Positions 55,130 to 64,000 of a DNA stretch of 64,000 bases are shown piece by piece; position 1 is the first letter of the stretch, and each line of letters starts with the position of its first letter. The DNA comes from Patescibacteria group bacterium (GTDB lineage: Bacteria; Patescibacteriota; Patescibacteriia; UM-FILTER-42-10). The translations under genes were made by a program, and so were the position numbers. The stretch is taken from the NCBI GenBank assembly GCA_041664365.1, contig JBAYKW010000002.1:11858-75857 (forward strand). Direction: 5' to 3'. Below the pieces are notes generated by a model that saw nothing but the letters and a program-made list of their open reading frames with translations, was not told the origin of the DNA and did no database searches.

Positions 55130-56509
55130 ATGCCAAAAAGTAAAGTCACAAAAGCCCCTGTCAAAGATGAGAAAAATGCAGAACCGAAGAAAAGAAGTTC
55201 GAAGCATCCCCAACTTTTAAGAGGAATGAAAGATATCTTGCCGGAATCCCAGAAATACTGGAATTATGTCCGGAAATTGGTGGAAGAAGTAGCGGAGGAT
55301 TATACCTACGAAATGATCGATACACCAATTCTGGAAGAAACTAGCTTGTTTACCCACTCTGTCGGCGAGAATACTGACATAGTGGAAAAAGAAATGTTTT
55401 CTTTTGATGACCGAAGCGGTTTGAATGTTTCCATGCGACCGGAAAACACCGCCGGCATCGTCAGGGCATACATCGAACACGGGATGTTGGACAGACCACA
55501 GCCGGTAAGACTTTTCTATTGGGGACCATTTTTCCGTTACGACCGCCCGCAAGCGGGCAGATACCGACAGTTTCACCAGTTCGGATTTGAAGCGATCGGG
55601 GATAACAATCCGATTATTGACGCGCAAATAATTGTGATGTGCCAAAGTATTTATAAGACAATCGGAATACCGGTCGTAACTCAAATAAACAGCGTCGGCT
55701 GTAAAAAGTGCAGAAAAGATTATGAGCAGCTGTTCGCAGATTATTTAACTTCCAGAAAAAAGTTTCTCTGCGAAGACTGCAAAAGGCGTTTGACGAAAAA
55801 TCCTCTGCGTGTGCTCGATTGCAAAGTGAAAGAATGCAAGGAAATATTAGTTGATGCTCCGCACATTGTTGATCATTTGGATGAAGAGTGTAAAGAGCAT
55901 TTTGTAAAAGTTCTGGAATATCTGGATGAAGCGGATATTGCTTATCAGCTGAACCCGTTCCTGGTCCGGGGATTGGACTATTATACCAGGACGACTTTTG
56001 AAATCTGGCCGGAAAATGATGACGGTTCACAGTCGGCGCTGGGTGGCGGTGGTCGCTACGACGATCTGACAGAAATTCTGGGTGGCAGACCGACACCGGG
56101 CTGTGGCTATGCCGGTGGAGTTGAACGTTTGGTACTGGCTATGCGGGAAAAGGAAATTGTGATCCCTCTGCCGGAACCGCCAGATGTTTTTGTCGCTCAA
56201 CTCGGTGAAAGTGCGAAAAAGCAGGCACTGAAGCTGGTTGAGGACCTGCGGGCAAAAGGAATCCGGGCAGCAAGCAATTTTTCCAAAGAGGGTTTGAAAT
56301 ATCAGTTGTCGGTCGCGGCAAGGCTCCGAGTAAAGTTTTCACTGATTCTGGGACAAAAAGAAATGCTGGATAAAACGATACTCTTAAGAGATATGGAGGG
56401 CGGATCACAAGAGGTGGTCGATTATAACAAAGTGTATAACGAACTGAAAAAGCGTTTGGAAAAAGCCAAGGCGATTATCCAAAACACCAATAACCATTTT
56501 GAGGAATAA
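55130..56509 (+). CDS. hisS: histidyl-tRNA synthetase with a Cys-rich insertion
   Basis: Class II motifs (RYDRPQAGRYRQFHQFGFEAIG, GGGGRYDDL), HisRS N-terminal block LRGMKDILPESQKYWNYV, and an anticodon-binding C-terminus. Insertion CKKCRKDY...CEDCKRRL...CKVKEC. Confidence 0.8.
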   Translation: MPKSKVTKAPVKDEKNAEPKKRSSKHPQLLRGMKDILPESQKYWNYVRKLVEEVAEDYTYEMIDTPILEETSLFTHSVGENTDIVEKEMFSFDDRSGLNVSMRPENTAGIVRAYIEHGMLDRPQPVRLFYWGPFFRYDRPQAGRYRQFHQFGFEAIGDNNPIIDAQIIVMCQSIYKTIGIPVVTQINSVGCKKCRKDYEQLFADYLTSRKKFLCEDCKRRLTKNPLRVLDCKVKECKEILVDAPHIVDHLDEECKEHFVKVLEYLDEADIAYQLNPFLVRGLDYYTRTTFEIWPENDDGSQSALGGGGRYDDLTEILGGRPTPGCGYAGGVERLVLAMREKEIVIPLPEPPDVFVAQLGESAKKQALKLVEDLRAKGIRAASNFSKEGLKYQLSVAARLRVKFSLILGQKEMLDKTILLRDMEGGSQEVVDYNKVYNELKKRLEKAKAIIQNTNNHFEE

Positions 56510-56511
56510 AT

Positions 56512-56850
56512 ATGGACTGTGTATTCTGTTCAATTATCAAAAAAGAAGGCTACGCGGACATAGTATTTGAAGATGATGAAATGATCGCATTCAAAGACAT
56601 CGCCCCTCAGGCCCCGGTGCATATTTTAGTCGTCCCAAAAAAACATGTGGAAAAAATTTCTGACTTGTCAGAAAATGACGCAATAATGCTGGGAAGTCTG
56701 ATTGACCGGGCGAGGATTTTGGCAAAAAAATATGATATTTCCCAATCCGGCTACCGGCTGGTCTTTAACTGTGGTGACGAGGGTGGCCAGATTATTGATC
56801 ATATCCACCTGCATTTGATTGGCGGGAAAAAACTGGGGGCAATCGGATAG
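56512..56850 (+). CDS. HIT-family (histidine triad) nucleotide hydrolase
   Basis: HIHLHLIGG histidine triad. 112 aa. Confidence 0.8.
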   Translation: MDCVFCSIIKKEGYADIVFEDDEMIAFKDIAPQAPVHILVVPKKHVEKISDLSENDAIMLGSLIDRARILAKKYDISQSGYRLVFNCGDEGGQIIDHIHLHLIGGKKLGAIG

Positions 56851-56975
56851 AAAAATTAAATATCAGATAAAACAACCCTTCTACCTCTAGAAGGGTTGTT
56901 TATTATATTTGACGTTATTAAACAAGAGTGTTATATTAAAAAAGAACTAACTATTAAATATACACCTTAAGGGAG

Positions 56976-57236
56976 GTGAATAATTTGGTTGAAGTAAAAA
57001 AGAAAGACAGTGAAACATCCGAAAGCCTGATCAGACGATTTTCTAAGAAAGTCCAGCAGAGTGGCGTTTTAATTAGGGCTAAAAAAAGCCGTTTTCATGA
57101 GCCGGAAAAGAACAAAAGGAAAACAAAAGATGACGCTTTAAGGCGCAAAGATATTAAGTCTAAAAAGGAATATCTGAGGAAAATCGGCAAACTGGAAGAG
57201 GTTGATCGATCGAAAAAAAGAGGCGGCAGAAGATAA
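56976..57236 (+). CDS. rpsU: 30S ribosomal protein S21-like
   Basis: MNNLVEVKKKDSETSESLIRRFSKKVQQSGVLIRAKKSRFHEPEKNKRK parallels bS21 ([26 protein letters not shown]...RRREFYEKPT). Confidence 0.6.
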   Translation: MNNLVEVKKKDSETSESLIRRFSKKVQQSGVLIRAKKSRFHEPEKNKRKTKDDALRRKDIKSKKEYLRKIGKLEEVDRSKKRGGRR

Positions 57237-57290
57237 ATACACTAAAATTGGTGTTTTAACGTTTGTTATTAGATTAATTTTCGAATATTT

Positions 57291-57734
57291 ATGGGTCTGA
57301 AGGAAAAGTTAGAACAAGATGTTGTCACAGCCTTGAAAGCGAAAGAACCGGAAAAAGTCAGTACGCTTAGGATGGTGCTTTCGGCTGTAAAAAATGAATC
57401 AATCGCCAAAAGAAAAGAGCTGTCGGAAGAAGAGACGATGATTGTTGTGCAGAGAGAGATAAAAAAAAGAAAAGAGTCCGCAGAAGCGTTTGAAAAGGGG
57501 GGTAGAACAGAATTATCTGAAGCAGAATCCGCAGAAGCTAATCTTTTACAGCAATATCTGCCCGAACCACTTTCTGAAACAGAATTGGAGCAGATAATCA
57601 AAGAGGCGATCGAATCAACCGGAGCAGAGTCTATGAAGGACATGGGTAAAGTGATCAGTCAGGTAATGGCGAAAGCACAGGGAAAAGCGGAAGGCAAGGT
57701 AGTCAGTGAGAAAGTGCGCCAGATTCTTTCGTAA
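57291..57734 (+). CDS. GatB/YqeY-domain protein
   Basis: LKEKLEQDVVTALKAKEPEKVSTLRMVLSAVKNESIAKRKELSEEETMIVVQREIKKRKESAEAFEKGGR and the C-terminal GKVISQVMAKAQGKAEGKVVSEKVRQIL are YqeY hallmarks. Confidence 0.7.
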   Translation: MGLKEKLEQDVVTALKAKEPEKVSTLRMVLSAVKNESIAKRKELSEEETMIVVQREIKKRKESAEAFEKGGRTELSEAESAEANLLQQYLPEPLSETELEQIIKEAIESTGAESMKDMGKVISQVMAKAQGKAEGKVVSEKVRQILS

Positions 57735-57772
57735 AAAAATAGTAATCAAAAATAAATAACCACCTTTCAACT

Positions 57773-60700
57773 ATGTTGACCAAAGGGAGGAAAAACTCAA
57801 AACAAAAAAGTTTTTTTGGACTAGGTATGCTGACTAGCGCTTTACTGGGGGTTTTTGTGACCGGCGCGGTCAGTTTTTTTGTTACACCGATTGCAAATGC
57901 AATATCATTTGATTCTACTTTGGGTGCCACTTTTGGTCTGGGTACCAGAGACCTTCTGGAGACGGTAATCAACATTGTCCAATGGGCATTGGGCCTTTTG
58001 GGTCTGGTGGCGGTAATTATCATAATGTACGGCGGGTTTGTTTGGATGACTGCCAAAGGCAATCAGGATAAAATTGCCAAGGCAAAAAAGATTATATTTA
58101 ACGGTTTGATCGGTCTCGCGATTGTCCTATTATCGTGGGCGATTGTATTTTTTGTCATGCGGACGATTGATGACGCGACGAGCGGTGGGTCGGTAATGTG
58201 TGGTGCAGCTGTTTGCAGTGAGACTTGTTGTCCCGGCAATATTTGTGCAACCAGTTGCGGTAGCGGATCATTCCCAACAGCTGATCTTGAGATTACAGGA
58301 TTTGAAGCTTCGCGTGAAACGCAACCATCTGGCCCCGTTACTCAGTGTTCATCAATAAAAGCGGTGTTTAACGTTCCAATTAATCCTGCAACTGTAGAAG
58401 CGGCAGAACTGCCGGACAATCTGAGAACTGAAGATATTGCAGTCGGTGGACCATTTGCAAGTACAACGGATGACTTTTTAACTTCGGCAAGAACCGTAAC
58501 ATATTATCATGATAGTCTTTTTAACGCCGGAGATTATGAAGAATGGTACCCGACAACAGGTACTCCAATCCAGGATCTGGATTTTAGAAATATTTCAGTT
58601 TGCGACGACTGTACGGACGGACCTGATCCTTGGAAATGGGATTTTACTGTGGGTAATGAAACCGACATCACTCCGCCGGAGATTGATTCTACTTACCCGA
58701 TCTTTTCCGGGGCGGGGTATCCGGACCGGAATGTGTCTCGGGCACCTATTTTCACACTACATTTCGATGAACCGATTGATGATAATTCCATAATGGATGC
58801 AAGTGGGCACCCAAAAAATAATTTTGAACTTTGGGAATGTACGGACGACTCTTGTGGTTCGTTTGTGAGTCAATATAGCAATAACAATCTATTAGTGCAG
58901 TCAATTTCCCAAGGAGTAAATATCTACATTGAGAATCCGGCCGTAAATCCATTAAACTCATTTACTTGGTATCAGATCAGGGTCCAGGGTGTTGAAGATT
59001 TGTGTACTAACCCGATGGTAGGACAGATAGTTTGGGAGTTTGAAACGAACGATGCCGTTCCGGGAGTAGTGAGCTGGTATCCGACCGGACTGAATGAATG
59101 TCCGAGTACGGATATTTACATCACCTTCGGCACTTCCATGTATAACCAAACTTTGCAGATTACGATTGATAATGGCACTGACTTTAGACAATCCCCACCG
59201 CTTTCTCCATCAACAATACCATCTCCAGGACCTTACTATGTCCAATTTGGTAATAATTTTTTTGAAGCAGTGGATACTGCTACCCCTAATGATTTCAAAG
59301 TATTCAGGCTTAGGCCGGACCCGGATCTTGTTGCGAATTCTGCATACATCGTTAATGTCGCAACAAATATGGTGATAGATATTAATGGTAACTATTTAAG
59401 CAAGCAGTGGGGATTTTCCGTTACAGATCCTGCCAGTTGTACCTGTTCACCGTATGTTGCCTATTTCAGTCCCACACAAGGTCCACGTGAGTCGTGTGTA
59501 ACAATTCAGGGCGCTTGTTTCAAAGGAACGCCCGCAAACCCTGCTGTCCCAACTCATATAATTTTTGATGATAATGTGCGTCCTCAGCAATCCGTTGTAC
59601 CTGCACTTGGGACATATGATGATAATTATATTACGACAAAAATCCCGGCAGTATATGATAATAATGACCGTCCACAGGTTCAGGTAGAACTTGATTATGA
59701 TAATCCCAGTTATGGTGTTCTATATTCCGCCGCCTATTATCTTGGCGGGCCGAACTTCTTTGTAAACAGTACGGAAGTATCTGATGGGCCGTGTTTGTGG
59801 TCGATTAGTCCGACTTCGGGCTATGTAGGAACGGGAATGAATGCAACCGGCGAAAGATTTGGTGCAACTCAAGGGTCGGGTCATATCGACTATGGCGGGG
59901 GAGTATCCGGAGTTGTCGGTGGCTGGTCTGATACCGCGATTTCAACATCAGTGCCGGCGGGTGCCGTGAGTGGGGATGTAACTGTAACTAGTGACGTAGC
60001 AGGACCGAGTAACGGGATTAATTTTACAGTTCTGACCGTTCCACCAGGAACACCATATGTTGTGATAAACAATTTTTGTGATCAATATACACTATCATCA
60101 CCTTCCCCATGGCCTGATTATCAGGAAGTATGCCGTAATGTTAAATTTTCTGCTCGGTTTAGCGAAAACATGAATCCTTCAACGATCAATGGTGCAAATG
60201 TTTTTTTTCAACCATGTAATGATGCATCTTGTTTAGTCGTTGGCGCAGCATTAACAGGGGCATTAACCATGCCAACTGGTGATACATTCGAATTTGATCC
60301 CTCAGCATTTTTAAATCCTAACACATGGTATCGCGGTACAATTACCACCGGTGTTCGAAGTCTTTCATCAAACACATCTATGGCAACAGATTATGTTTGG
60401 AAATTTAGGACCAAATTAGATACTACGGAATGCGGTATTGAAGCTTATAATTTAATCGCAGATACGTATTTTCTTTATACTGTTAATTCCGCTCCAAATG
60501 CAATGTTTACTTCTTCTGCGATTGGACCCGCATGTCAGATTTTATCTGGTACTTATGATTGGAATTGGAATGCTAATGTCGGAACTGTACCACCCTATGT
60601 AGCCGAAAGAGTCTTATCATCCGGACCTACGGTATCTCATTATCAAGGTCGTAATGAAGGCTCTGGCATGGTAAGAGCGTGGATATCTGGATCATCAATT

Positions 60701-63613
60701 CCTCCGGTAGAACGTTTACTTACAGTTGATCCTACATTTTGTGAAGATTCAATTCATTGTAATTCATTATGCTCCGGCAGTACTTGCGTGAATAATCACT
60801 GCACGCCGATTATCCAAAGTATTGTGCCAAACCCTTCACCAATTGGCACTGGGGTTACTATCAATGGTTGTATGTTTGGCAGTTATACTGGACTTGCAGG
60901 AGTTGATTTTTCTGGAAGCCCTGGTCCGTGGGTTCCGACATCATGGCCGGCATGTGGTCCGGCGGGAACAACCTGGACGGACACATCTATCGTCGTGGAA
61001 GTGCCGAATGAAGATACTCCGGCAACTTTTGATGATGCGGTAGATGGTCCGATAAGAATAAGAAATAGTTATGGTGAAAGAGATTACACCAATACTCCAC
61101 CAGGTCCAATTATATCTTTTGATGTCGATGGGCCTTTCCATCCAACCCTTTGCTATTTTAATCCGAGCAGCGGAACTCAGGGGCAATTGAATGCTACTGA
61201 AGCGGTGGGAGAAGATTTTGGCACGGATGGCACGATTGATTTTACCAGTAGTGCCGGCAGATCAGATTCTCCGGGATTTACCTCATGGGATGAAACTTCA
61301 ATACAGGAAATAGATCTTCCGGCCGATGCACTGACCGGAACTGGGATTGTACATTCTACGGTTCCTACAGTAGGCGACAGTAATCCTGTTCCATTTGGTA
61401 TTACATGCAATGTTAATTCGGACTGTACCAGCGGATGCTGTTTTACCGGAATGTGTTCCGACCTGGCAATGTGCAGTACCGGCGAACCGGGAGCGCTTTG
61501 TCAAATCCCTGACAATACTTCTTGTCTTTCGGGCCCGCTGTCTTTTCCGGCCGGATATCGCTGTATCAGTGATACCGGTGATATTTATCCTGAAACTCCA
61601 CCACCACCAGGACCACAGGGAGCTGACTGCAGATCGTGTTGTATGCCTGGCACTGAATATAATGGTCTGACTTGTTTATCAAACCAGGATGGCTGTACCG
61701 GACCTGCAAGAGGGCTTTATTGCGGGTGTGCTACTGATGATCAATGCGGAGCCCCGAATACCATCGGTTGCGGTGATATGGGCGGAACTATGTGCTGTAC
61801 CGGCAGGCCGGCTGTATTAAACGTGGATCCGTTTGATGGAGAGCCGAATGTATGTACAAACCGGTCAATCGTGGTTGAATTTAACCAGATTATGGATGCA
61901 TCAACATTTAATTCTTCCACATTTATTGTGGAGGACGCATCCGGTACACCATATACTGGGACGATAGATAGCTACAACGATGGAATCCATACTTTTCTGG
62001 TGTTTTATTCGGATACTGAATGGAATCCGAGTGAATCGCATACCATAACCATTAACGGTGAATCAGATATTAATGACGGTGTTCATGATGGTGTTTTAAA
62101 TCAGTATCAAGTGGGTATGGATGGCATTTTTACATCAACTTTTGATACCGATGCAGACAGGTGTTTATTGGATCACGTCGAAATAAGTATTCAATACGGT
62201 GCTCCATATCCAGCTCAACCAGTTGCTTTTCATGACATGTATACATGTATTCAAAGCAATTGTACCGGTGATGTAGATCCTGTTGCTGGCAACCAGCATA
62301 GATATTTGGCTTGGGCAAAAAATGAATTTAACGCTAATATTTCTGGCGGTACTTGGAACTGGAATAATTCGGTAACCAACGGTGTACTAAATATTTCTTT
62401 ACCAAATTCTCCTTCAACATTAATAGGCACGGATCAAGGTCTGGATGGAACCGCGATGATTCGTGCGGATGTTACTATGCCGTCTGGGGGAGGGTCAGGA
62501 TTTGCGGTGGTACAGGCCACGGTACAGGCGTGCCAGGATCCATGGCCGACTATACCACCATTCTTCTTCAGTGATCCTGCACCGTCCACAAATTTCACGG
62601 ATTTCTATTGTCGTGAGGGCGGTTTACCTGGTACTGCTGATCCTATGATTATTTCCCGTTCACCTGTCGATCCTCTGAAGGATGAACTGCTTAAAGAAAT
62701 GTTTTTCTCAATATGTAAAGACGACGATGCTACATGTATTAGTAGTAATACTTCCGGAGATGTGATTGGAATTCGTGTTATGGAAAACGGCAGTTTTCTT
62801 TCGCCAACCGCCTGGTTCAACCAAATTTTCCCGGAGGATACCGGATCGTGCGTACCAATCGGCACGGTTGATGGATATCAGGCTTGTCGGGCGGGCAGAA
62901 CTATTTATGTCGCGGCATCCAATCATGACGGCACGACACTGTGGCCGAATATCTACCTTATTTCCTATAACGAAGGGGCAAGCGGTCAGACAATCAATAT
63001 CTATAATCAATTAGTTCAGAATTGGTATTTCAACTCCGGACCGAGTTTAATGAATTCTCCTTGCGCCGGAGGAACAAATAAAGATTGTATTGTTCGTGAT
63101 ACGAAGCGTGTTACCGATATCGGTGAAATTGGCTATCTCCTCTTAAACTATGGGTATCATAACAGTGGTTTTCCGGAGCTTTCCGCCGGGACATTCTTGT
63201 CGGGATTTACTTCCAGTAAATGGCCGTCTTGGATGGCTGAATTCGGTAATGCTATTGGCATGAATCCGCCTCTGGATCCGATCAATGAATTTTCCGGAAC
63301 ACCGGCCTGTAGCGTTCCGCCCTACGATCCATCCGGCACCTGCTGGAATGATGCTGAGCATACATTCAATTGTCCCAACACTTCCAAAACCTACGCATAC
63401 CAGTATGATAGTTCAAACCCAAAATTGTTTACCAGACTGGAGTATTCAGGCTTGGGAGCGTATAACAGCGGTATAAGGTCGGATAGACTTTATAGCGGGA
63501 ATCCTTGTGCCGGCTACGCTGGATCTAATTGTTCTGCTTGTTTCAACTATTCTGCTGAAGCTGCGGACGGTACTAACGGATTTTGGATTAACAATTGGCA
63601 ACAACCAAATTAG
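57773..63613 (+). CDS. giant (1946 aa) Cys-rich cell-surface protein with an N-terminal membrane anchor (about 3 TM, pilin/VirB2-like appearance) and many Ig-like/IPT-like beta domains
   Basis: N-terminal hydrophobic helices (LGMLTSALLGVFVTGAVSFFV, ALGLLGLVAVIIIMYGGFVWMTAKG, LIGLAIVLLSWAIVFFV). The remainder is Thr/Ser/Gly/Pro/Cys-rich with repeated beta-domain-like modules and several CxxC/CC clusters. No enzymatic motif recognised. Confidence 0.5.
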   Translation: MLTKGRKNSKQKSFFGLGMLTSALLGVFVTGAVSFFVTPIANAISFDSTLGATFGLGTRDLLETVINIVQWALGLLGLVAVIIIMYGGFVWMTAKGNQDKIAKAKKIIFNGLIGLAIVLLSWAIVFFVMRTIDDATSGGSVMCGAAVCSETCCPGNICATSCGSGSFPTADLEITGFEASRETQPSGPVTQCSSIKAVFNVPINPATVEAAELPDNLRTEDIAVGGPFASTTDDFLTSARTVTYYHDSLFNAGDYEEWYPTTGTPIQDLDFRNISVCDDCTDGPDPWKWDFTVGNETDITPPEIDSTYPIFSGAGYPDRNVSRAPIFTLHFDEPIDDNSIMDASGHPKNNFELWECTDDSCGSFVSQYSNNNLLVQSISQGVNIYIENPAVNPLNSFTWYQIRVQGVEDLCTNPMVGQIVWEFETNDAVPGVVSWYPTGLNECPSTDIYITFGTSMYNQTLQITIDNGTDFRQSPPLSPSTIPSPGPYYVQFGNNFFEAVDTATPNDFKVFRLRPDPDLVANSAYIVNVATNMVIDINGNYLSKQWGFSVTDPASCTCSPYVAYFSPTQGPRESCVTIQGACFKGTPANPAVPTHIIFDDNVRPQQSVVPALGTYDDNYITTKIPAVYDNNDRPQVQVELDYDNPSYGVLYSAAYYLGGPNFFVNSTEVSDGPCLWSISPTSGYVGTGMNATGERFGATQGSGHIDYGGGVSGVVGGWSDTAISTSVPAGAVSGDVTVTSDVAGPSNGINFTVLTVPPGTPYVVINNFCDQYTLSSPSPWPDYQEVCRNVKFSARFSENMNPSTINGANVFFQPCNDASCLVVGAALTGALTMPTGDTFEFDPSAFLNPNTWYRGTITTGVRSLSSNTSMATDYVWKFRTKLDTTECGIEAYNLIADTYFLYTVNSAPNAMFTSSAIGPACQILSGTYDWNWNANVGTVPPYVAERVLSSGPTVSHYQGRNEGSGMVRAWISGSSIPPVERLLTVDPTFCEDSIHCNSLCSGSTCVNNHCTPIIQSIVPNPSPIGTGVTINGCMFGSYTGLAGVDFSGSPGPWVPTSWPACGPAGTTWTDTSIVVEVPNEDTPATFDDAVDGPIRIRNSYGERDYTNTPPGPIISFDVDGPFHPTLCYFNPSSGTQGQLNATEAVGEDFGTDGTIDFTSSAGRSDSPGFTSWDETSIQEIDLPADALTGTGIVHSTVPTVGDSNPVPFGITCNVNSDCTSGCCFTGMCSDLAMCSTGEPGALCQIPDNTSCLSGPLSFPAGYRCISDTGDIYPETPPPPGPQGADCRSCCMPGTEYNGLTCLSNQDGCTGPARGLYCGCATDDQCGAPNTIGCGDMGGTMCCTGRPAVLNVDPFDGEPNVCTNRSIVVEFNQIMDASTFNSSTFIVEDASGTPYTGTIDSYNDGIHTFLVFYSDTEWNPSESHTITINGESDINDGVHDGVLNQYQVGMDGIFTSTFDTDADRCLLDHVEISIQYGAPYPAQPVAFHDMYTCIQSNCTGDVDPVAGNQHRYLAWAKNEFNANISGGTWNWNNSVTNGVLNISLPNSPSTLIGTDQGLDGTAMIRADVTMPSGGGSGFAVVQATVQACQDPWPTIPPFFFSDPAPSTNFTDFYCREGGLPGTADPMIISRSPVDPLKDELLKEMFFSICKDDDATCISSNTSGDVIGIRVMENGSFLSPTAWFNQIFPEDTGSCVPIGTVDGYQACRAGRTIYVAASNHDGTTLWPNIYLISYNEGASGQTINIYNQLVQNWYFNSGPSLMNSPCAGGTNKDCIVRDTKRVTDIGEIGYLLLNYGYHNSGFPELSAGTFLSGFTSSKWPSWMAEFGNAIGMNPPLDPINEFSGTPACSVPPYDPSGTCWNDAEHTFNCPNTSKTYAYQYDSSNPKLFTRLEYSGLGAYNSGIRSDRLYSGNPCAGYAGSNCSACFNYSAEAADGTNGFWINNWQQPN

Positions 63614-63636
63614 TAATTTATCATTAGGAATATAAT

Positions 63637-64000
63637 ATGCCAGAACCAACAACACCCCTATCAAACTTTCCAATGGGCGATCCAGCCGAAGATATTTTTG
63701 AAGAAACGGATGTCACGACGGAAACTCCTTCTACATTTCCGTCGTCAGCGCCTGTGGGTGATGGAGCAATGCCTCCTGCTGCCCCGCGTCCGACTGCTAA
63801 TCCGACGATGGTTCCTCCGCCAAATCCGCTGGCAGAAGTGCCGGGAGCGGAAGTACCTAAGCCAAAAGGAGGGAAGAAAATGCTGTTTCTTTTTGTACTG
63901 CTGCTTCTGGTTGTTTTTGGCGCTGGCGCTGCATATTATTTTTTGGTGCTCAATAAAGATAACGCAAATACCAACGTCAACAACAATACAAATGTTCCGG
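63637..64000 (+). CDS. start of a further secreted or membrane protein (Pro-rich N-terminus, then a TM); continues beyond the window
   Basis: ATG at 63637. MPEPTTPLSNFPMGDPAEDIFEETDV...KKMLFLFVLLLLVVFGAGAAYYFLVL. No stop within the window. Confidence 0.4.
   Translation, partial: MPEPTTPLSNFPMGDPAEDIFEETDVTTETPSTFPSSAPVGDGAMPPAAPRPTANPTMVPPPNPLAEVPGAEVPKPKGGKKMLFLFVLLLLVVFGAGAAYYFLVLNKDNANTNVNNNTNVP

Overview
The window has an AT-rich backbone of roughly 35-40% GC that looks like a reduced-genome, low-GC bacterium. Patescibacteria/CPR-like is an inference from gene content (a single suf system, class II RNR with NrdR, giant Cys-rich surface proteins, many tightly overlapping genes) and is not proven. 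The standard genetic code fits.

Backbone genes, in order:
- ispH and trxB
- a FecR-domain/FN3-repeat surface protein
- fur and a ferredoxin
- an operon running exonuclease, sufC, HD-hydrolase, sufB, sufD, sufS, sufU
- sod and a 2-Cys peroxiredoxin with an unusual Cys/Asp-rich N-terminal extension
- a copper locus (copZ, a membrane/cupredoxin protein, copA, an ArsR-YHS regulator)
- nrdR, nrdJ and a cobalamin adenosyltransferase
- a cobalamin riboswitch leading into a putative B12-binding lipoprotein and an ECF S-component
- parA, parB, a large O-antigen-ligase-like/TPR membrane protein, rel, a split topA, dprA, mfd
- a tRNA cluster, then pth, der, an LCP-family protein, tRNA-Val, lepB, hisS, a HIT protein, rpsU, a YqeY-like protein, a 1946-aa Cys-rich surface protein, and the start of one more ORF.

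Set into this backbone are several compositionally foreign segments of roughly 55-62% GC. The protein-coding ones have strong GGAGG-type Shine-Dalgarno sequences but backbone-style AT-rich promoters and terminators. They are:
- a partial ORF plus a GlgC-like nucleotidyltransferase
- a radical-SAM/SPASM enzyme
- PurB-like and PurA-like enzymes, about 20 kb apart
- two small unknown proteins
- a roughly 4-kb segment holding an SPFH/flotillin-like protein, a polytopic membrane partner, and three minus-strand tRNAs (Met, initiator-like Met, Leu-CAA) embedded in tandem repeat units

Next to that segment a small GIY-YIG nuclease gene is flanked by 25-bp direct repeats that duplicate the 5' end of tRNA-Leu.

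Other points of note:
- a C/T-rich, G-depleted tract driven by a promoter
- telomere-like G-rich repeats (GGGGATAGGG) at two intergenic sites
- a recurring 10-12-bp-arm palindrome (CCCGTTAGAG/CTCTAACGGG) upstream of three promoters
- a perfect 30-bp palindrome and a perfect 18-bp palindrome upstream of two GC-rich genes
- NrdR boxes and a Fur-box-like site
- a plus-strand tRNA cluster in which several members have non-canonical anticodon loops

No CRISPR array, restriction-modification system, integrase or transposase was recognised. All coordinates read directly from raw sequence (RNAs, repeats, regulatory sites) may be off by 1-2 nt.
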